Origin: the human T2T-CHM13v2.0 reference genome, Homo sapiens
Assembly (NCBI RefSeq): GCF_009914755.1
Contig: NC_060932.1
Length of the DNA: 64,000 nt
Strand: one strand, 5' to 3'
Every line of letters begins with the position of its first letter. The stretch's first letter is position 1. The notes beneath the pieces were generated by a model, which saw only the letters and a program-made list of their open reading frames with translations, was not told the DNA's origin and made no database searches. Positions 62,865-64,000 of the stretch are shown here, piece after piece. The position numbers and the translations under genes were made by a program.

Positions 62865-63250
62865 GGAGTTTTGGGCTGAATTGTATCTCCCTAAATTCAA
62901 GTGTTGAAGTCCTAACCCCCTCATACCCCAGAACGTGAGTGTATTTGGAGATAGGGCCTTTAAAGAGGTAAATAAGGTAAGATGGAGTCAAATGGGTGGG
63001 CCCTAATCCCATATGTTTATAAGAAAAGGAGATTAGAACACAGACATGTGGGCTCACAGTGAAATGACCATGTGAGGACCCGGTAAGATGGCTGTCTGCA
63101 AGCCAAGGAGAGAGGACTTCAAAAAAAGTATCTCTGCTGGCACCTTGATCTTGGACCTCTATCCTCCAGAACTGTGAGAAAATAAACTTTTGTTGTTTAA
63201 ACCACACTATCTGTGGTATTTTGTTATGGCAGCCTGGAAAACTAATATGG
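62865..63250 (+). mobile_element. MaLR LTR (MLT1A/B-like)
   Basis: gggctgaattgtatctccctaaattcaagtgttgaagtcctaaccccc...cctccagaactgtgagaaaataaac...ttgttatggcagcc. Confidence 0.9.
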
Positions 63251-63400
63251 ATGGGAGCTTACTTGCACTGGGTGGAGATGGTGGCCTAGGGGCCTAGGGG
63301 CCTAACAGCTTTGTATCTGGCTTTTGAATCAATCCCTCTGGCATCAGCCCTATCACTTACTCCCACCTTCAATGATAATCAGACACTTGATTTTCTAGGC

Positions 63401-63610
63401 CAAGCTTGTCCAGCCCTTGGCCTGTGGGCCACATGTGGCCCAGGATGGCTTTGAATGCAGCCCAACACAAATTTGTAAACTTTCTTAAAACGTTATGAGA
63501 TTTTTTTTAAAGCTCATCAGCTATTGTTAGTGTTAGTGTATTTTATGTGTGGCCCAAGACAATTTTTCTTCTAATTTGGCCCAGAGCAGCCAAAAGATTG
63601 GACACCCCTG
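63401..63610 (-). mobile_element. MER30 hAT-Charlie element
   Basis: caagcttgtcca...caaaagattggacacccctg with 8-bp TSD ttctaggc/ttctatgc. Confidence 0.88.
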
Positions 63611-63811
63611 TTCTATGCCTTTCTGATGTTCTACAGGCTAAATGGTCATGATCCTCAGTGTCTGCATATGATTAAGCTCATCTGTCTCAATTCTGCTAAA
63701 TCAGTTTTTACTCCTTCAGTCACTTTCCAATTTCCCAATTTTGTTGTCATCTTTAATACTTTCATCTCCTTCCTTACTCTTCTATCACTGAGGATTCAGG
63801 AAGGACTAGAG

Positions 63812-63979
63812 GGCCAGGATGTGGTGGCTCACGCCTATAATCCCAACACTTTGAGAGGCCAAGCATTGCTTGAGCCCAGGAGATTGAGGCAGCCTGCAGT
63901 GAGCTAGGATTGTACCACTGCACTCTAGCCTAGGTTATAGAGTGACTCCTTGTCTTAAAATTAAAAAAAAAAAAAAAAG
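63812..63979 (+). mobile_element. Internally deleted Alu / monomer
   Basis: Alu 5' end joined to the right-arm 3' end, plus A tail. Confidence 0.8.
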
Positions 63980-64000
63980 ATGAAGGAATAGAGATAAAGA

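Overview
Primate (most likely human) genomic DNA that is intergenic or intronic and very repeat-rich. I found no intact, recognisable protein-coding gene, and nearly all ORF-track entries are Alu, L1 or microsatellite translations. Main contents: a full-length but disabled L1PA4-like LINE-1 (3487-9585) inserted in an Alu tail, which keeps the 5'UTR segment linked to ZNF93 binding and an open ORF0; a processed RPL38 pseudogene (about 20370-20648); a MER41A solo LTR split by two Alus; several MaLR/ERVL LTRs; small DNA transposons (MADE1, MER5, MER30, MER91); old L1M/L2/MIR fragments; and roughly 45 Alus. Unique stretches hold candidate regulatory elements (14.4-16.6 kb, 29.5 kb, 37.5-38 kb, 44.3-45.8 kb, 52.1 kb). 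The most intriguing lead is a hypothetical CCAAT promoter with two exons that would splice into a 106-codon ORF (44646-45738); it is unverified. I see no convincing evidence for a novel multi-gene system. Repeat subfamily names come from recalled consensus sequences and boundaries are approximate.
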